DNA of 63,043 bases, filler included, from Polymyxa betae A26-41 (Eukaryota; Protista; Endomyxa: Phytomyxea): the NCBI GenBank assembly GCA_003693705.1. It is 4 parts of 4 records of this genome, joined end to end, with 100 filler letters (N's around TTAATTAATTAA, not from the genome) between each part and the next. Parts side by side here need not be neighbours in the genome. Positions count along the whole stretch, not along the records: positions 60,602 to 63,043 come from RBZT01000068.1; 3 more parts are not named here. One strand, given 5' to 3'. Position numbers and translations under genes: made by a program. Within the stretch, counting starts at the first letter, position 1. Every line of letters begins with the position of its first letter. Under the pieces are notes generated by a model. It searched no databases. It was not told the DNA's origin and worked only from the letters and a program-made list of their open reading frames with translations. This document shows positions 60,657 to 63,043 of the stretch, piece by piece.

Positions 60657-60929
60657 GAGCATCTCCACCGCGGGTCTATTCCGAGGTCTATTGAATATAG
60701 ACCCGTCACGGAATGCCCCACCGCGGGTCTATAGTCTATCTATTAAATAGACCGGTCTATTTTTGCAGGAAATAGACCGCTGGCTATTCGAAGGTCTACG
60801 GAGTTGCGTGAGCGTCATGACGGGAGTTCAATTCTTCTCGACTGTATTTCTGTTGGTTGTTTTTTTGCGGTTGGGAATTCGGAAGTAGGAGGGTGCTCGT
60901 TTTGGGTCATTTCGTCACGAACTGAACCA

Positions 60930-61658
60930 ATGGGCCGCGGCAAAGGCTGGACCTCGGATGAGGACATGTTCCTCGCTCGCTCTGTCGTGCAGGTTAGCCA
61001 TGAACCAATCGTAGGCGCTGATCAAAAAAGCGCCAAATTCTATAATCGAGTTCTCCAGCAGTTTTTGCTGTTCGCCCCTGGAAGCAATCGAACTCCTGAC
61101 GCTCTGTGTAACTGATGGAAGGAGATTCAGGCATCATGCTCCAAATTTGCGGGATATCTTGCAACGGCCAAGTCTCAGCCGAAGTCGGGAGAGCAAGAAG
61201 ATTATTATATAGATGAAGCTTTCCGAATTTTTCAGGAAGTTGAAAAAACGGGTTTCAAATTTCGCGCTATATGGGAATATCTTCGACAGCACGTTCCGAA
61301 GTTTGAGCAGGGCTTGACTCCAAAGGCGATGCATTCTAAGCGAATGCGACCTGAGGATCAAGATGTATGTGAGGAGGCTCCGGAAGGTCGGTCCCAAACG
61401 AGACCTATTGGAACAAAAAAGGCGAAACAGATCAAGAAGGATGGCGACGATGATGATGACTGTGTAGAAGTTCAACGGGCTTACGTACTTGAGTCCCGAC
61501 GTCGTAATGACCTGATCGAAGAGCAGAACCGATTGGCATTGTTTTCAGTGAACCTTTCTGCCCTGGATGACACTGCGCGAGAGTTCCACGAGCTCAAACG
61601 TAAGATAGAGCTGGCTAAGCTGAAAAAGCAAGCCGAGGAAATGGGTATTCATTCATAA
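60930..61658 (+). pseudogene. Myb/SANT-NAM-associated accessory protein of PIF element 2, with one premature stop
   Basis: MGRGKGWTSDEDMFLARSVV...ALCN*WKEIQ...RPIGTKKAK...; TGA at 61113-61115. Confidence 0.88.
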
Positions 61659-62990
61659 ATTTCCGGCTGATTTCCACAGGTGCTCGATCAGGTCAGACTG
61701 TAACTGGAAATACGTAGCATAATCGCGAGTTTCTCGTATACGACCTACTCTTGCTGACAAGGATGCGGCAGGCAGATCTTCGAAGCTTGTCTCCCTAACC
61801 TCAATAGGTAGAGAGATCCGTTGGCGATTGCGACGACGGCGATCTTCACGAGGCTTGCCTGTCTCATAACCATCGTCACCCTCTACCGGTGCCTTTCTCT
61901 GGTCTTCCACAATCATATTGTGAAGAATGATGCAGGTTCCCATGACGGAGGCGATTCTTTCCTGGTCCCACATTTGTGCTGGGTTTCTGACAATAGCAAA
62001 GCGTTTTTGAAAAACACCGAATGCTCGCTCCACATCTTTTCGGCAGCCTTCTTGCTCCTTCGCAAAATACTGTCTTGCAGCGCCTTGGGGATCAGGGATA
62101 GATTTCATGAAGACGGGCCAGATGGGATAGATACCATCTGCAAGCCAGTACGGCTTCTCGTAGAGATTTTCGTTGATCTCGTAGCTGATTGAAGGCATTG
62201 TCCCTGTTATGATTGGATGCAGCAGAGGTGATCGTTGTAGAACATTGATATCGTTCATACTACCCGGCATTCCGAAGAATGCATGCCAAAACCATAGGTC
62301 GCGAGATACTGCTGCTTCAAGGACAATGGAAGTTCCTTTGATGCCTCGAAAGGAGCCATGCCATGCTTTAGGACAATTTTCCCATTTCCAATTATAGCAA
62401 TCGATGGAACCTATCATTCCTGGGAACCCTCGGTCAGAGTTTTCTTTCAAAATGCGTTTCAAATCATCAGATGTTGGTGAGCGCAAGTACTCTGCACCAA
62501 ATCTGGCTTCTACAGCTGAGCAGAAATGCTGCAAACATTCGCTGGTAGAGGACTCGCTGATTCTGATATACTCATCGACCATATCGTAGCTCGAACCATA
62601 AGCTAAAATTCTGATTGCAGCGACCATTTTCTGGACTGGATAAAGGCCTATCTTTCCGAAAGCATCGGATTTCTGCTCAAACCAAGGATCCTGGGTCTTA
62701 ACACCATCCATGATTCGAAGAAAAAGCTCACGGCGCATCCGGAATCGCCTCCGAAACACTCTTGAGTTGAAAACCGGATTCTCTGCGAAATAATCTTTGA
62801 AGATTCGCTGGAACCCGTCCTCAAAATCACGTTCTGTATTCGGTTCTTTGCCAGGACGCGATCCTCCGTGAACAGGAGAGTCGGGAGCCTTCCGTTTCAA
62901 ACTGAAGAACATCCGGGCCTCAACCAGATCATCATCCAAGCTAGTATCCCGTCGCACTCGCTCAAACCATTCCCCAATTATCGGATCCAT
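61653..62990 (-). CDS. PIF/Harbinger transposase (Plant_tran/HARBI1-like), uninterrupted 445 aa
   Basis: FRRRFRM, GFPGMIGSIDC, WHAFFGMPGSMNDIN, LADGIYP, RKDVERAFG and CIILHNMIVED. Confidence 0.96.
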   Translation of the reverse strand: MDPIIGEWFERVRRDTSLDDDLVEARMFFSLKRKAPDSPVHGGSRPGKEPNTERDFEDGFQRIFKDYFAENPVFNSRVFRRRFRMRRELFLRIMDGVKTQDPWFEQKSDAFGKIGLYPVQKMVAAIRILAYGSSYDMVDEYIRISESSTSECLQHFCSAVEARFGAEYLRSPTSDDLKRILKENSDRGFPGMIGSIDCYNWKWENCPKAWHGSFRGIKGTSIVLEAAVSRDLWFWHAFFGMPGSMNDINVLQRSPLLHPIITGTMPSISYEINENLYEKPYWLADGIYPIWPVFMKSIPDPQGAARQYFAKEQEGCRKDVERAFGVFQKRFAIVRNPAQMWDQERIASVMGTCIILHNMIVEDQRKAPVEGDDGYETGKPREDRRRRNRQRISLPIEVRETSFEDLPAASLSARVGRIRETRDYATYFQLQSDLIEHLWKSAGNL

Positions 62991-63043
62991 TTGTATATTT
63001 GAATGTACAATAGAACGCGCGCGCGGTGCGGCGATCTATATAA

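Larger units (their letters stand above)
60657..63043. mobile_element. PIF/Harbinger element 2 (near intact; far end beyond the window)
   Basis: TTA|GAGCATCTCCACCG TIR; subterminal GGTCTA/TAGACC repeats; convergent Myb-like and transposase genes. Confidence 0.95.

Overview
This is eukaryotic genomic DNA from a microbial eukaryote: it has short GT-AG introns and oomycete/protist-style transposon families, but the taxon cannot be fixed from sequence alone. At least four pieces are joined by artificial N-TTAATTAATTAA-N linkers at about 31.1, 51.5 and 60.55 kb. Bases 1-31 kb are mostly decayed transposons: an AT-rich, possibly virus-like block, three PIF/Harbinger remnants, a hAT derivative with a perfect 8-bp TSD, a second IS630/Tc1 remnant and a long-inverted-repeat element. 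This region also holds a resolvable nest: chromodomain Ty3/Gypsy A (TSD GTTAC) contains a TA-flanked TIR element, which contains a MITE and Ty3/Gypsy B, which in turn contains an intron-bearing IS630/Tc1 transposase with a convergent unknown partner gene. Bases 31-51 kb are gene-dense: Sec61 gamma, a USP48-like deubiquitinase, a SHPRH-like SNF2/RING protein, a C2H2 zinc finger, a MoaE/MOCS2B subunit, a NIPA-like transporter and a tail-anchored coiled-coil protein. Bases 51.5-60.5 kb hold two PD-(D/E)XK-like nuclease genes, an unknown multi-exon gene and a LINE remnant. The window ends in a near-intact PIF/Harbinger element inserted into another copy of Gypsy B. The two best leads are the two-gene IS630/Tc1 unit and the palindromes that replace a tRNA primer-binding site in both Gypsy elements.
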